A stretch of DNA of 64,000 nucleotides from Octopus sinensis (Eukaryota). Of this stretch, positions 62,410-64,000 are shown piece after piece; the first letter of the stretch is position 1, and every line of letters begins with the position of its first letter. The translations under genes were made by a program, and so were the position numbers. The stretch spans positions 7,502,001 to 7,566,000 of the forward strand of contig NC_043023.1 in assembly GCF_006345805.1 (NCBI RefSeq). Reading direction: 5' to 3'. The notes under the pieces are model-generated. The model saw nothing but the letters and a program-made list of their open reading frames with translations. It ran no database searches and was not told where the DNA came from.

Positions 62410-63480
62410 TTGTTGTGACCCCCTTTGGTCACGAATGACCATGGGATTGCACCTAGAAAGTTACCCTCCGAGGCACAAGTCTGGGCAAGGTTGTTTATTG
62501 AAGACCAGAAGTCACCCATGCATACCAGTCTCCCCTCTCTACACTATTATATGTACATAGAGTAAAGGGTAAAGACCCCTTTCGGTCATGAATGACCATG
62601 GGATTGCACCTAGAAAGTTACCCTCTGAGGTACAAGTCTGGGCAAGGTTGTTTATGGAAGACCAGCAGTTGCCCATGCATACCAGCCTCTCCTCTCCATG
62701 CCATTATATATACATAGGGTAAAGACCCCCTTTGGTCATGAATGACCATGGGATTGCACCTAGAAAGTTCCCCTACAAGACATAAGTCCAGGCAAGGTTG
62801 TTTATGGAAGACCAGCAGTTGCCCATGCATACCAGCCTCTCCTCTCCATGCCATTATATATACATAGGGTAAAGACCCCCTTCGGTCATGAATGACCATG
62901 GGATTGCACCTAGAAAGTTACCCTCTGATGCACAAGTCTGGGCAAGGTTGTTTATTGAAGACCAGAAGTCACCCATGCATACCAGTCTCCCCTCTCTACA
63001 CTATTATATATACATAGGGTAATGGGTAAAGACCCCTTCGGTCATGAATGACCATGGGATTGCACTTAGAAAGTTACCCTCTGAGGCACAAGTCTGGGCA
63101 AGGTTGTTTATGGAAGCCCAGCAGTCGCCCATGCATAACAGCCTCCCCTCTCTACACTATTATATGTACATAGGTTAAAGGGTAAAGACCCCCTTTGGTC
63201 ATGGCTGACCATGGGTTTGCACTTAGAAAGTTACCCTCCGAGGCACAAGTCTGGGCAAGGTTGTTTATGGAAGCCCAGCAGTCACCCTTGCATACCAGCC
63301 TCCCCTCGTTATACTATAATATGTACATAGGGTAAAGGGTAAAGAGCCCCTTTGGTCATGAATGACTATAGGATTGCACTTAGAAAGTTTCCCTCCGAGG
63401 CACAAGTCCAGGAAAGGTTGTTTATGGAAGACCAGCAGTTGCCCACGCATACCGGCCTCCCCTCTCCACGCCACCGATGT
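62410..63480 (-). repeat. About 150-157-bp tandem array x7 of a SINE 3' end
   Basis: taaagacccc...ggtcatgaatgaccatgggattgcac recurs; the last unit runs into a full family B element to 63840. A two-unit version lies at about 51420-51740 in opposite orientation. Confidence 0.9.
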
Positions 63481-64000
63481 TATCCAAGGGAAAGGCAAAG
63501 GCTGATACAGCTTGGTATCTGTGACGTCGCAGCTCATTTATTAACGTGCAAGTGGCTGAGCACTCCACAGACACGTGTGCCCTTAAAGTAGTTCTCGGGG
63601 AGATTCAGCGTGACACAGAGTGTGACAAGGCTGGCCCTTCGAAATACAGGTACAACAGAAACAGGAAGAAAGAGTGAGAGAAAGTTGTGGTGAAAGAGTA
63701 CAGCAGGGTTCACTACCACCCCCCTGCCGGAGCCTCATGGAACTTTAGATATTTTCGCTCAGTGCCCGATCTGGGGATCGAAACCGCAATCCTACGACTG
63801 CGAGTCCGCTGCCCTAACCAGTGGGCCATTGCGCCTCCACAACAGTTTTGGTACAAGGCCAGTAATTACAAGGAGAGGTCAAGACAATTATATTGGCCCC
63901 AGTACTCAACTGGTACTTGCTTTCTCAACTCTAACAGGATGAAAGGCCTCATAAAAAGCACCTGCTATATTCTTAGAGTGGTTGGCATTAGGAAGGGCAT

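Overview
Repeat-rich, intron-rich eukaryotic genomic DNA. The SINE families, (TA)n/(CAT)n/(GATA)n microsatellites and LINE fragments look like an Octopus-type cephalopod genome; that is an inference from repeat landscape only. Two protein-coding genes lie head-to-head. (1) On the minus strand are the first 15 coding exons (about 643 codons, WD40 beta-propeller half) of IFT140, running off the left edge. All splice phases join correctly, but coding exon 2 is one nucleotide short (apparent frameshift). An RFX X-box and YY1-type motifs sit near 27.1 kb. (2) On the plus strand is a two-exon, 164-aa, roughly four-TM protein that I cannot name (42351-42508 + 55846-56182). The rest is SINEs, LINE 3' ends (CR1/L2, RTE, R4/Dong-like), DNA-transposon MITEs and fossils, an LTR gag scrap and many tandem arrays. 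The most striking unexplained signal is about ten type I hammerhead-ribozyme-like motifs from at least six unrelated sequence families. All have a minimal, palindromic or near-palindromic stem III, most sit next to (TA)n, some have non-canonical cores (CCGACGA, CUGUNGA), and two are locked inside long inverted repeats in the intron of gene 2. All structures were read by eye; nothing was folded or searched computationally.
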